Positions 35,417 through 44,929 of a stretch of DNA of 64,000 nucleotides are shown here, piece by piece; position 1 is the stretch's first letter, and each line of letters starts with the position of its first letter. The stretch covers positions 7,484-71,483 of the forward strand of contig CAYMOY010000001.1 of assembly GCA_964392435.1 (NCBI GenBank), written 5' to 3'. The notes under the pieces are model-generated. The model was not told the DNA's origin and made no database searches. It worked only from the letters and a program-made list of their open reading frames with translations. The DNA comes from Candidatus Micrarchaeota archaeon. GTDB lineage: Archaea > Micrarchaeota > Micrarchaeia > Anstonellales > Anstonellaceae. The position numbers were made by a program, and so were the translations under genes.

Positions 35417-35575
35417 TACCTAAAACCTTAGGGGCAGCAGAGGCCCATTCTATCCCCATATAGGTCACCCCTGGTCTAGTTCACTCCAATCCAGGTCTCC
35501 CCTTCGGGCTCTCCAGCATCCCCTTGCCGCCCTACCAATAGGGTTATTATTCTCCTCTAGTTATTTTTCGCAGGT

Positions 35576-37204
35576 GTGGGAATGGCGGAGCAGTTTACTG
35601 ACAAGGAGAAGGCGATACTCTCGCAGTTTTGCACCAACCTGGACAGCGACTGCTTTGTGCTGGTCAACCTCCCGGAGGCGGTGAAGGGCGCGCTTTTCTC
35701 CCGCTATTCGCGCTCCTCAAAGTCATTGCGCCGCGTGCTTCTCGAGGAATTCATACAGAGCCCCGAGTCAGGCTTTGAGGCGATTGTCGGTTCAGCGCAG
35801 GGCAGGGGGGAGTCGCAGCTTGTCGCAACCAAAAAAGCGGAAGATTTCTACGACCGCGTGCTGGTGGGCTATGGCGACGACTCGGTTGCGGAACTTGGCG
35901 GGGCGCACCTTGCGGCAGAGAACATCTCAAACTTAGTGACAAAAGTGATGCAGGACAGCAGAATAGGCGTTTCCCCGCTTGAAAAGTCCACGCGCTACGT
36001 TTACTTCGACCAGAAAGAGAACGGGCGCTACCGCTACTTGCGCGAGGATCGCATCATGTCCTCCAAGTTTGCGGATGAATACGTGCGTGTGTGCGACCTT
36101 CTATTTGAAACTTATGCATCCCTCATAGCTCCTTTGACCGAGGTTGAGCAGAAGAAAAATCCGCGTGGAGCGGATGTCTCTGACAGGGCATACGCATCCA
36201 CGATAAGGGCAAAAGTGTGCGACCTGCTCCGGGGCATATTGCCATCCAGCACACTCACCAACGCCGGCTTTTACGGGAACGGGCGCGCATTCGAGTACAT
36301 GCTTGCCAAAATGTACGCCTCCCCCCTTTCCGAGGCGCGCTCAGTTGCCAAAAGTGCCCAGGCAGAGCTGTCCAAAGTTATCCCCTCGTTCGTGAAGCGG
36401 GCGGATGACAAATACGGCAAGGAGCTGCAGGGCTATATCTCTGCGAACAGGGAGGCGATAGAAAAGCTTGCTTCAGGCTACCTGCAGCTGCAAGCGGCAT
36501 CACCAGACACCGCGCACGTTTCTCTCATTGACTATGACAAGGATGCAGAAGACAAAATCCTCGCAGCCATTATCTTCTCCGCTTCTCACTCAGAGATGAA
36601 TGAGGTCAAGGCTGCAGTCCAGAAAATGCCGCCCTCTGAAAAGCAGCAGCTCCTCTCAGCATACATCGGCACGCGCGCCAACAGGAGGCAAAAGCCGGGC
36701 CGCGCGTTCGAAGCGGCTTACTACACGTTCTGCGTCACAGGCAACTTCGGCATGTATCGCGACTTGCACCGCCATAGGATACTCACCCAGGAGCGGCAAT
36801 TGCTCACTACGAAACACGGGTTCGATATGCCCCCGCAGCTGGTGGATGCCGGCTTTGCTGAAAAAGTTTCAGCCGCAGTGGCAGCGGCAGACGCCCTCTT
36901 CACGCGCATGTCTCCTTCCATGCCCTACGAGGCGCAGTATATTGTGCCGCTTGGCTGCCGCATGCGCTGGTACATCAGGATGAACCTGCGCGAGTGCTAC
37001 CATTTCTGCGAGCTTCGCTCAATGCGACAGGGCCACCTGGACTACAGGCGGGTTGCGCAGGACATCCACAGGCTGATTGCCTCGGTGCACCCGAATCTGG
37101 CGGCAGGGATGAAGTTCGTGGACTATGGGAGCTACGAGCTTGAGCGGCTGGAAGCAGAGAAAAAGATAGACAGGAAGCTTGATGCTCTCAAGAAAAAAGG
37201 CTAG
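35576..37204 (+). CDS. ThyX-like (flavin-dependent thymidylate synthase family) protein, apparently with duplicated domain
   Basis: C-terminal half has LHRHRILTQERQ and LRSMRQGHLDYRRVAQDIHRLI resembling ThyX RHR and aQWEiR motifs; N-terminal half FSRYSRSSKSLRR degenerate. Tentative. Confidence 0.4.
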   Translation: MGMAEQFTDKEKAILSQFCTNLDSDCFVLVNLPEAVKGALFSRYSRSSKSLRRVLLEEFIQSPESGFEAIVGSAQGRGESQLVATKKAEDFYDRVLVGYGDDSVAELGGAHLAAENISNLVTKVMQDSRIGVSPLEKSTRYVYFDQKENGRYRYLREDRIMSSKFADEYVRVCDLLFETYASLIAPLTEVEQKKNPRGADVSDRAYASTIRAKVCDLLRGILPSSTLTNAGFYGNGRAFEYMLAKMYASPLSEARSVAKSAQAELSKVIPSFVKRADDKYGKELQGYISANREAIEKLASGYLQLQAASPDTAHVSLIDYDKDAEDKILAAIIFSASHSEMNEVKAAVQKMPPSEKQQLLSAYIGTRANRRQKPGRAFEAAYYTFCVTGNFGMYRDLHRHRILTQERQLLTTKHGFDMPPQLVDAGFAEKVSAAVAAADALFTRMSPSMPYEAQYIVPLGCRMRWYIRMNLRECYHFCELRSMRQGHLDYRRVAQDIHRLIASVHPNLAAGMKFVDYGSYELERLEAEKKIDRKLDALKKKG

Positions 37205-37207
37205 CCT

Positions 37208-37978
37208 TCAGCCTGGCACACTCTTCAGCCCGAACCAGTCGCCCAGCACCTTTCCGATGAGCCAGCCGGTTATTGCCGCGAGCATTCCGATGACTGCCAT
37301 CTCAAGCCCGCTCTTCCACCATTGCCCGACTGTTATCTTCGCCTTGTAAGCCCCGACTGCGAAAAGCACCAGTGTTGAAAGAACAAGCGAAACAGGTATT
37401 GCGACAGAAACAGGCAGGAAGGCGAAGGGTGCCAGGGGCAGCGCCGAGCCTATTATCGCCGAGCCGCCCACCACCGCCGCTGCCTTGACGGGGTTGGAGC
37501 TTTCAATCGGGGCAAGCCCCAGCTCCTCTGTCATCATCACCGAGAGCCAAAGCTCCTCGTTGGAGGTCACTGACCTGACCATGCGCTCAAGCTCGGCGCC
37601 CCTAAAGCCCTTCTGCATGTAGATAAGCCTAATCTCTTCTGTTTCCACTTCGGGCACATGCTTTATCTCCCATTTCTCATTCTCAAGCTCAGACCTGTAG
37701 TGGTCCTGCTCTGCCCGCGTGGAGGTATAGGCAACAGCAGCCATTGAAATTGACTCTGCAAAGGTGGCGACCAGCCCTGCCACCAGCACTATGAAATGGT
37801 CGTTGGTGGCAGAGGCGACTCCCAGCACAATGCCAAGCACGTTGACCAGCCCGTCCTGCCCGCCGAGTATCACGTCTGAGAGCATGCCCGCCCCGCCGCG
37901 CTTCTTTTCCTCCTCCAAATGAGACTGCACCTTGGCGGTGAACTCTTTCATTTCAGAAGGGCTGCGTTTTTTTGCCAT
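37208..37978 (-). CDS. VIT1/CCC1-family iron/manganese transporter
   Basis: GGQDGLVNVLGIVLGVASA... and C-terminal TM bundle typical of VIT family. Confidence 0.7.
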   Translation of the reverse strand: MAKKRSPSEMKEFTAKVQSHLEEEKKRGGAGMLSDVILGGQDGLVNVLGIVLGVASATNDHFIVLVAGLVATFAESISMAAVAYTSTRAEQDHYRSELENEKWEIKHVPEVETEEIRLIYMQKGFRGAELERMVRSVTSNEELWLSVMMTEELGLAPIESSNPVKAAAVVGGSAIIGSALPLAPFAFLPVSVAIPVSLVLSTLVLFAVGAYKAKITVGQWWKSGLEMAVIGMLAAITGWLIGKVLGDWFGLKSVPG

Positions 37979-38016
37979 GTGAAAACCGGATTCCTTCTGC
38001 CTTCTTTCGCATCCAC

Positions 38017-39210
38017 CTATTTCTTCCCTACGCCAAGCTTCTTCCCCACTTTTTCAAACGCCCCAAGCGCATCGTTGAGGTCGTCCTTGGAGTGCGCCGC
38101 GGTAATCATCGTCCTTATCCTCGCTTTGTCGCGCGCCACCATAGGAAAGACAATGGGCAGGGCGAACACGCCCTCTGCAAAAAGCTCCTTGGAGAAGTCC
38201 TGTGCCAGCTTGCTGTCCCCCAGCATCACCGGGGTAATGGGTGTCTCGCTCTCACCCGTGTCAAAGCCGAGCTTCTTGAGGCCCTTCTTCCAGTAGCGCG
38301 TGTTCCTCCAAAGCTTTTTCACCAGCCTGTCGTCAGACTCCAGAAGCTCAAGGGATGCCTTGCATGCCGCCACTGTTGCCGGCGGCGCAGAGCCTGAAAG
38401 CAAAAATGAGCGCGCCTTGTTCTGCAAGAATTCGCAAAGCGCAGCGCTGCCTGCCACATAGCCGCCCACCACCCCGAACCCTTTGGAAAAAGTGCCCATC
38501 TCAGCCTCTATTTTCCCTTCGAGCTTGAAGTGCGAGACAATCCCCCTGCCATGCTCGCCAAGCACGCCGTCCCCGTGCGCGTCATCCACGTATATGTGGG
38601 CGCCGTACTCGTGCGCAAGCTTCTCTATCTTGTCCAAGGGGGCGATGTCTCCGTCCATTGAGAAAACCCCGTCGGTTATCACCCAGATTTTCTTGTAGGT
38701 GCCCTTTGCCTTGGCCTCGGAAAGCACGCGCTGCAAATCCGCCATGTCCTTGTGCTTGAATATGGCCCTTTCAGCCTTGGTCAGCCTCACCCCGTCGATT
38801 ATGCTGCCGTGGTTCAGCTCGTCTGAAATCATGAGGTCCCCCTCTATCCCCAGCTGGGGCAGCGAGCCTTGGTTTGCCGCAAAGCCGGTCTGGAAGTAAA
38901 GGGCGGCCTGGGTGTGCTTGAAGCGCGCAATAGTCTTCTCCAGCTCAAGGTGCAGGTCCATTGTCCCTGCAATCGCGCGGACTGAGCCTGAGCCGACCCC
39001 GTGGGATTTTGTCGCCGCTATGGCGGCTTTCTTCAGTTTTTTGTTCTCGGACAGCCCCAGGTAGTTATTCGAGCAGAGCATGATGACGTCTTTCCCCTCC
39101 ACATTGCAGCGCGGCTTGCTCCCGCCGGACAGCTTCCGCAGCTGCCAGTTGAGGCCCTTTTCCTTAAGTGAATTTACCTCTGACATAAAGTATTCGTCCA
39201 AAGCCATCAT
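38017..39210 (-). CDS. PLP-dependent alpha-oxoamine synthase (2-amino-3-ketobutyrate CoA ligase / 8-amino-7-oxononanoate synthase family)
   Basis: ~398 aa from MMALDEYF; GFAANQG, FSKGFGVVGGY (PLP Lys) regions; ORF track start 39348 too long. Confidence 0.8.
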   Translation of the reverse strand: MMALDEYFMSEVNSLKEKGLNWQLRKLSGGSKPRCNVEGKDVIMLCSNNYLGLSENKKLKKAAIAATKSHGVGSGSVRAIAGTMDLHLELEKTIARFKHTQAALYFQTGFAANQGSLPQLGIEGDLMISDELNHGSIIDGVRLTKAERAIFKHKDMADLQRVLSEAKAKGTYKKIWVITDGVFSMDGDIAPLDKIEKLAHEYGAHIYVDDAHGDGVLGEHGRGIVSHFKLEGKIEAEMGTFSKGFGVVGGYVAGSAALCEFLQNKARSFLLSGSAPPATVAACKASLELLESDDRLVKKLWRNTRYWKKGLKKLGFDTGESETPITPVMLGDSKLAQDFSKELFAEGVFALPIVFPMVARDKARIRTMITAAHSKDDLNDALGAFEKVGKKLGVGKK

Positions 39211-39393
39211 CTCACCGGTTTTCACTGGTTTGGCAATATTTAAACAGCTAATGCCAGCCCTGGGAAAGTGCCGCCTCCATGCCTGGCAATTTCTCAGCCC
39301 CCTTATCTGGCAACGCGGCAAAAGCTCTGCTTTCATTCCCAGCGGCATTGCGCCCGGATAAGAGTTTTAAACCGAGTTGATTGTAATGCTGCC

Positions 39394-40179
39394 ATGTTCC
39401 ATTTGCTGCGCTTCTACTCTGGCGAGGGCAAGCCTGTTCTCCTTTCCAGAGGTGAAAGCGGCGAGGTTGGATGCGTTGGGCTTTCTCAAGGGAGCAGCGC
39501 AGACATAAGCTTCGGCGACCTTTTTTGTTGCATCGGCTACCGCACCCCGGAAAAATACATCCATTGCCCAAACAAGGCAACGCACACCCGCCAATGCCCC
39601 ACTTGCGCAGCCCGCGATGTTGCCAAGGCATACACAGTGGGCGATTTTTCGGGGTATCCAGCGCTTTATGCAGAGGCGCAGCATGAACAGTACTGCCTCT
39701 ACCTTGCCCAGTTCGGGGAAGAAATAACCAAGTGCGGAGTGACCCGCAAGGAGCGCTTTTCTGAGCGCATGCGCGAGCAGGGGGCTGATTTCGGCTGCGT
39801 AATCGCATCATTTATCGGGCCTGACGAGGTCTATGGCGCGGAATCCGCGGTGCAATCGCGCTTCTCGTTTGCGAATTCGGTGAGGCTGGCGCAGAAGTTG
39901 CGGCTTATCTCATTTGACTCCTCTGTTGCCAAGGAACGCATTTCCTCCTCAGTTGAGCTGGTGCGCTCCTCCGGCATTCTGCCGGATTTCACCCCCCAGA
40001 TAGAGGATTTCTCGCAGCACTATCCGCGCGTAAGGAATGTCCGGCAGACTTATTCGGTGCTCGGGGAGATACTCGGGGCTAAAGGGGAAATACTACTTTT
40101 TCGCTCAGACTCTGGCAAGGATTTCGCAGTCAACATGCGTTCCAAGGTGGGCAGCTTCTTCAGCATGGACGGGCAATAG
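39394..40179 (+). CDS. Hypothetical protein with Cys/His cluster (CPNKATHTRQCPTC)
   Basis: Start uncertain (ORF 39268..40179). Confidence 0.35.
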   Translation: MFHLLRFYSGEGKPVLLSRGESGEVGCVGLSQGSSADISFGDLFCCIGYRTPEKYIHCPNKATHTRQCPTCAARDVAKAYTVGDFSGYPALYAEAQHEQYCLYLAQFGEEITKCGVTRKERFSERMREQGADFGCVIASFIGPDEVYGAESAVQSRFSFANSVRLAQKLRLISFDSSVAKERISSSVELVRSSGILPDFTPQIEDFSQHYPRVRNVRQTYSVLGEILGAKGEILLFRSDSGKDFAVNMRSKVGSFFSMDGQ

Positions 40180-40182
40180 CGC

Positions 40183-40890
40183 TTACCTGACCGGGTCGTA
40201 GTGCTTGGCAGGCGAGGCGAGGAAGTGCGATCGTATGAAATTTCCAGTATGGAATGCGATGTATTTCAAATAGCCCCACTTGTGCACGCGGCGCATGGAT
40301 GCCCTGACATTGGCATTGTTTACGAACCTGAACCGCCCTGCTTTGCGCAGCCGTATCGCCAGGTCAGTATCCTCTCCGGTGATAAGCTCGGGCTTGAATC
40401 CGCCAGCCTTGCGGTAAACCTTTTCCTTGCAGACCATGTTCTCCGCATAAACATAGGGCAGGCAAAGAAAATTCATCAGCATGGCAATTGGGCGCAGAAT
40501 GAAGACAAGCGCTTCGTCCAAGGGCGTTCCGTCCAGGGGGGTGACGCTGCCAAGCACCCAGTCCGCCTTGCCCTCCTCAAGCGGCGCAATAGCCTTTTCG
40601 AGCCAGTCTGGCGCCACTTCAACATCTGCTCCTGTGAATGCAAGTATCCTTCCCCTCGCCTTCATAGCTGCGGCATACCTCCCTCCTGATGGCGTGCCAT
40701 ATTTTTCAGTTACCACCCGCGCCCCATAATCGCGGGCAATCTTGGCGGTCCTGTCCTTGCTGCACCCGTCCCCGATAACTATCTCATAGGTTTTCGAGAA
40801 TTTCTGGCGGCGTATCGAGCTTAGCGCAGCCCCGATGTATTTTTCCTCGTTGTAGGTCGGTATGATTATCGACACCTCGGGTTTTTTCAT
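40183..40890 (-). CDS. Family 2 glycosyltransferase
   Basis: MKKPEVSIIIPTYNEEKYI... DGCSKD... GED; start at internal Met 40890. Confidence 0.75.
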   Translation of the reverse strand: MKKPEVSIIIPTYNEEKYIGAALSSIRRQKFSKTYEIVIGDGCSKDRTAKIARDYGARVVTEKYGTPSGGRYAAAMKARGRILAFTGADVEVAPDWLEKAIAPLEEGKADWVLGSVTPLDGTPLDEALVFILRPIAMLMNFLCLPYVYAENMVCKEKVYRKAGGFKPELITGEDTDLAIRLRKAGRFRFVNNANVRASMRRVHKWGYLKYIAFHTGNFIRSHFLASPAKHYDPVR

Positions 40891-40894
40891 AAAA

Positions 40895-41737
40895 TCACCT
40901 TGAAAGCGCAGCGCCTTCCTCGCACGTTTTCGCCCTGAGCAATAGCTTCGGCTTGCTGGAAAGCTTAAGCGGAATGTCCGAGAAGAGCGTCTGCCCCACC
41001 ATCGCCATGCCCGCGCGCGGGTTTTTTTCCATCTCGCCCTCGCACCAATGGGCGAGCCCTGACTGGAGCGCGAACTGCCTTGAGGCGGCAACAAAGCCGT
41101 CCCAGCTTTTTTCCCCAAACAGCCCCTCCAGGGCATCTTTGCCAGCGCGGTTGACCTTTTCCTTCCAAGACTCATCGCGGATTACGCTTGCTGTTTTTAT
41201 CGGGGAGAAAAAGGCGAGCTCCAATCCCTTTTCCTCAAAAGGCAGCTTAACAGGCGTGCTATCCAGGTCTTTGCGCGCCAAAATCCCTCCCACAGCCTCG
41301 GCGTCCACGCCCGAAAGGCCTGTGCCGCACTCCACGTCCGCATCATGCGCGATTTTCACGCACTCTTGCCGCGAAAAGCCAGCCCCGAGAAATTCGTTTA
41401 GCGCAAGCGAAAGGGAGAGCGCCCCTGCAGCGCTCATGCCAAGCCCGTATCCAATCGGCACGTCTGTGGCGTGATTTATCTCCAGCAGCCCGATTTTTCC
41501 GCAGCGCTTTGCGTATCGCCTCAGCACGGATTTGGAAACCGGCGCATCCGATTCCTTGCCGTTTATAGTTATCCTTGTGCTGCCGCTTTTCCTTTCTGAG
41601 ACCTCGGTTGCCATCCTGCGGTCGATTGCAAAGCCGGCTCCGGCGGCATCATTCTCCCCTATTGTGAAAATGCCGGTCAGGTAGGCTGGGCAAAACGCAG
41701 AGATTTTCTTCATGGAAAGGGTGCTCTGTAAACCCAT
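40895..41737 (-). CDS. GHMP-family kinase, pantoate-kinase-like (COG1829)
   Basis: PIGYGLGMSAAGALS (GHMP PxGxGLGSSAA motif); N-terminal AFCPAYLTGIF. Confidence 0.5.
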   Translation of the reverse strand: MGLQSTLSMKKISAFCPAYLTGIFTIGENDAAGAGFAIDRRMATEVSERKSGSTRITINGKESDAPVSKSVLRRYAKRCGKIGLLEINHATDVPIGYGLGMSAAGALSLSLALNEFLGAGFSRQECVKIAHDADVECGTGLSGVDAEAVGGILARKDLDSTPVKLPFEEKGLELAFFSPIKTASVIRDESWKEKVNRAGKDALEGLFGEKSWDGFVAASRQFALQSGLAHWCEGEMEKNPRAGMAMVGQTLFSDIPLKLSSKPKLLLRAKTCEEGAALSR

Positions 41738-41775
41738 TTAAATATTGGGTATCACAAAAATCGTGCTTTCTGATT

Positions 41776-41880
41776 GGGCCCATAGTCGAATGGCCGCCTG
41801 TCCTTGGGGCTGCGGCTCGACAATGGTAAGACGTCTGCTTGACGTGCAGAAGACTCGGGGTTCGATTCCTCGTGGGCCCA
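41776..41880 (+). tRNA. tRNA-Val (anticodon GAC) with 33-nt non-canonical intron in the D-loop
   Basis: Acceptor GGGCCCA/TGGGCCC, D-stem GTCG/AGAC, anticodon stem TCTGC/GCAGA loop TTGACGT, T-arm CGGGG-TTCGATT-CCTCG, A73; intron 41794-41826 (CCGCC...AATGG). Confidence 0.6.
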
Positions 41881-41947
41881 TTCCGAACCCAGGGGAACCT
41901 ACGGTTCCCCTAGGTTTGAGGTTCTTCCGTAACCCCTCCCTTTTTCT

Positions 41948-42030
41948 GAAGACTCGGGGTTCGACCGCCAACTGCGAAGCAGTTGGGGGGACAGGAGAGC
42001 CGCAGCTCTCCTGGATTCCTCGTGGGCCCA
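41948..42030 (+). repeat. Partial duplicate of tRNA-Val(GAC) positions 42-73 with a 50-nt insertion in the T-loop
   Basis: GAAGACTCGGGGTTCGA + CCGCCAACTGCGAAGCAGTTGGGGGGACAGGAGAGCCGCAGCTCTCCTGG + ATTCCTCGTGGGCCCA; insertion contains GAGCCGCAG complementary to CTGCGGCTC in the tRNA's own D-loop intron. Confidence 0.6.
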
Positions 42031-42129
42031 CTCCCATAGGGGGCAGATGCAAACAGTCTGTCCCCCTAAGGGTTTCACCCCCTCTGGATTCCTTAGGTGC
42101 CCACGTTTTTCACTGCTTCGCAGAGGCTC

Positions 42130-42669
42130 TCAAAGCCTTTTCTGCCCGTAAAATTCGCGCCTTATTTCGCGCATAAGCTTCTGGACGAATGTTTCGTCCT
42201 TGAAAAACTGCTTTATCATCTCGTAAACCGCGCGCCCGTCAGCTTTGAGGGGCTTGCCCCTGCCACTCACGAATCCCGTGCGGCTTATGCCATAAAACGG
42301 GTCCAGGCATAGCTCCAGCAGGCTGTTGCGGTTGTTCTCATCGGACAAGGCGCGTCTGCCGACCTCTCCCGCCCTATCCACCAGCTTTCCCAGGTTTTTC
42401 CTCACCAGCGTTTCTGCGCCCATGCTCCCCCAGGTGCAGCTTCGCACCAATCTCGCATTGCCAAAAAGCATTTCTGCAGGCTCGCGAAAGCCTGGCTTGA
42501 GGGCAACCTTCAGCAGCCCGCCATCCTGAGCCAGGGCGAGCTTGCGTTTGCGTTTCTTTGGCACAGCTGCCAAATCCTCATTGAGGATGCCCTGGAATTC
42601 CCTCAGGCGGGCACTTATAGGCAACTGCGCCGTTATTTTGGCAGCAGGGGGCTTGGGCTTCAGCTTCAT
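42130..42669 (-). CDS. Hypothetical basic protein (KRKRK motif), co-oriented with dnaG
   Basis: ORF 42130..42711; start likely MKLKPKPP. Confidence 0.4.
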   Translation of the reverse strand: MKLKPKPPAAKITAQLPISARLREFQGILNEDLAAVPKKRKRKLALAQDGGLLKVALKPGFREPAEMLFGNARLVRSCTWGSMGAETLVRKNLGKLVDRAGEVGRRALSDENNRNSLLELCLDPFYGISRTGFVSGRGKPLKADGRAVYEMIKQFFKDETFVQKLMREIRREFYGQKRL

Positions 42670-42771
42670 CTTCCCACGCCAAAATAAGGGGCAGAAGGGA
42701 ATAAAAAACAAGGGCAGAATAAAAGAAAAAAGGGAGAAACAAAAGAAAAAATTGGCGCTTGCGCGCCGAAT

Positions 42772-44127
42772 TTACGTTTTGGTGTGTATCAGCACGCTTG
42801 CGGGTTTCCTAAACACGTTGCCAAGCTTCATGGCCGCCAGAATTCCGACCTTCTTGTTCTCGGCCATATCAGCCAGCCTCTGCGTGATGATGCCGTCGAA
42901 GACGATGGCGAAGACTTCCTTCTCCTCCTCAAGCGACTTTATCATGTCCCGCACTGGCATCTCCTTTGTCGAGGCAAGCTCGGCGTTGTAGAAGCGAGCG
43001 CGCAAGGTGTTTTCCAGCTCGTCAAGCGACGACAAAAGCGCCGGTGGCACTTCCGCGGGCTTGTTCTGGGCTGGCGTTTCCTCCTTGGGCGGCTCTGGCG
43101 CCTTGGCCTCAGCCATCTGTGGGGCTTGCGCTTCGGAAGGCGGGCTGGCTATCTGCACAGGGGCGCTCTGCCCATCACGCATGGGGCGGTCCCGTTCCCC
43201 CCGCCTGTCATCCCTTCCCTCGCGCCGCCTGTCGTCCCGCTCAAAACGCCTTCCGCCGCGGTCGCGCCTGTCATACTCGCGCCTTTCCTCCCCGCCTTCC
43301 TTCTGGCTGTTCCCCTGCTCAAAGGGCATTTTCGCCCTCAGGCACTTTATCAGTTCCTTGCGGGTCAGCTCCTCCACTTCCTTTCCAGCCGGAGCGCGGG
43401 CAACGAAATCGATGTCCGCCACGCGGGCAAGCTCGGTAAGGATGATGTCCCCGCCGCGGTCGCCGTCCAAAAAGACGGTCACCTCCTTTTCGCGGGCAAG
43501 CTTGGCAATCGCATTGGTCACATTCGCCCCGCCAACCGCAACCACGTTGGTCACGTCGTTTTTCAGAAGATTGATGACGTCCGCCCGACCCTCGACGATT
43601 ATTATCGAGTCCACCTTGTCAATCCCTGGCCCGCAGGGCAGCTTTTCAGGCCCGTACTCCTCTATTTCTGCAACCTTCACTTCCTGGCGGACCATTTCCG
43701 AAATTTCCTTGCTTTCCGGTATTTCGTTTGTCAGCAGGCTTTTGAGAAGATTCTTTGCCCTGTCCACCAGAACCTTGCGCTTGGAGTTGCGGGTGTCCTC
43801 CACCTTTTCTATCGCGATTTTCGCTTCGCAGGGGCCCACCCTGTCCACTGTTTCCAGCGCGGCTGCCAGTATGCAGGTTTCCACCATGTCTAAGGACGAT
43901 GGCAGCTTTATCTTGCCCACGCTCCTTCCTCCGCGGGGCTGCAAATCAACCTCTATCCGGCCTATCCTGCCGTTTTTCTGCAAATCCCGCAAGTCCAGCT
44001 CGTCGCCAAGCAGCCCTTCGGTCTGGCCAAAGACAGCGCCGACCACATCGGGCTTCTCGACCATTCCGTCTATCTCCACGTTAGCGTACACCAGGTATTT
44101 CACTGTGTCAATGTATGTCTTTCCCAT
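42772..44127 (-). CDS. dnaG: Archaeal DnaG-type primase (Toprim domain)
   Basis: MGKTYIDTVKY..., IIIVEGRADVINL, FLDGDRGGD Toprim motifs; Arg/Asp/Glu-rich low-complexity insert. Confidence 0.85.
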   Translation of the reverse strand: MGKTYIDTVKYLVYANVEIDGMVEKPDVVGAVFGQTEGLLGDELDLRDLQKNGRIGRIEVDLQPRGGRSVGKIKLPSSLDMVETCILAAALETVDRVGPCEAKIAIEKVEDTRNSKRKVLVDRAKNLLKSLLTNEIPESKEISEMVRQEVKVAEIEEYGPEKLPCGPGIDKVDSIIIVEGRADVINLLKNDVTNVVAVGGANVTNAIAKLAREKEVTVFLDGDRGGDIILTELARVADIDFVARAPAGKEVEELTRKELIKCLRAKMPFEQGNSQKEGGEERREYDRRDRGGRRFERDDRRREGRDDRRGERDRPMRDGQSAPVQIASPPSEAQAPQMAEAKAPEPPKEETPAQNKPAEVPPALLSSLDELENTLRARFYNAELASTKEMPVRDMIKSLEEEKEVFAIVFDGIITQRLADMAENKKVGILAAMKLGNVFRKPASVLIHTKT

Positions 44128-44144
44128 ATTTTCACCTTTTGCTC

Positions 44145-44402
44145 TCATTCCTTCAACTTTGCAAGCAGCTGTTCCGGTGTGCAATCCGCGGCAAGAGTCT
44201 TTCTCCTGCTTGCTTTTCCCGCAACTATGCCCACCGGGCAGCCCAGCATCTTCTCAAGGCAAGAAACCAGCACCCTGTTTGCCTCGCCTTTCACAGGCTC
44301 GGCGGGTATCTCCACGCGCAGGGCAATCGGATTTTTGGAAAGCAGGCGGGCTGAAAAACTCCCCTTGCTTGCCGATGCCCTGACGGAAAATACTGTTGCC
44401 AT
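44145..44402 (-). CDS. DUF167 (YggU-like) family protein
   Basis: LRVEIPAEPVKGEANRVLVSCLEKMLGCPVGIVAGKASRRKTL. Confidence 0.55.
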   Translation of the reverse strand: MATVFSVRASASKGSFSARLLSKNPIALRVEIPAEPVKGEANRVLVSCLEKMLGCPVGIVAGKASRRKTLAADCTPEQLLAKLKE

Positions 44403-44929
44403 TCCAATGGCTCCAATACAAAGACACGGGGTCCTCCCGTTTCCTCAGCTGGCTTGCAGCTGCGGATTCGCGCCTCGCGCCGGCACGCTTCGCCGGCTTT
44501 TTCAGCAAGTTTCCTTGCCCCGCAGCCCAAAAGGGCAACGGAAATGAGCGTGAAATCCTTGTGATGCCTGGTCTTGCCAGGCTGTGATGCTTTTTTCTTG
44601 TTTGAAATCCGGGGTGCATTGCCCCCTTCTGCTTGTCATGTGCGGTGCGTTGAGCCTGCTGGCTCCTCGTCCGACACAGTTCTGCTGAACTTGTGCGGTG
44701 CGCCGGGCTTTGTTGTGGTGCTGTTGCGCCACTTAGCCGCAAAGTGCGTCGCACTTCCGCGGTCGCCCGCCATCCGCCAATTGCTGTTGCAATTGTGCGG
44801 TGCGCTGTTGACAGTGGATTCATTGCCTTGCGGCTCCTGCTGCCATCCACGCACAGCAACTCAGCCTATGGATTTTGGGGTATATAAGCCTTCGCTTCCG
44901 AAAACGGTTTTAAGTGTTTGTATTAGATT

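Noticed and set aside
35417-35575. Possible additional tRNA-like sequence after tRNA-Ala (GGTCTAGTTCACTCCAATCC)
   Set aside because: No acceptor/anticodon arm pairing can be built; T-loop-like match is weak.
42784-44383. Long plus-strand ORFs (369 aa, 458 aa) overlapping dnaG
   Set aside because: Antisense to DnaG with clear Toprim motifs; translations are Ser/Arg/Pro-rich.
44254-44859. 201-aa minus-strand ORF and several smaller ORFs in the 44403-44929 gap
   Set aside because: Arg/Ala/Ser-rich translation typical of GC-rich non-coding DNA; overlapping opposite-strand ORFs of similar quality; no RBS/TATA context.
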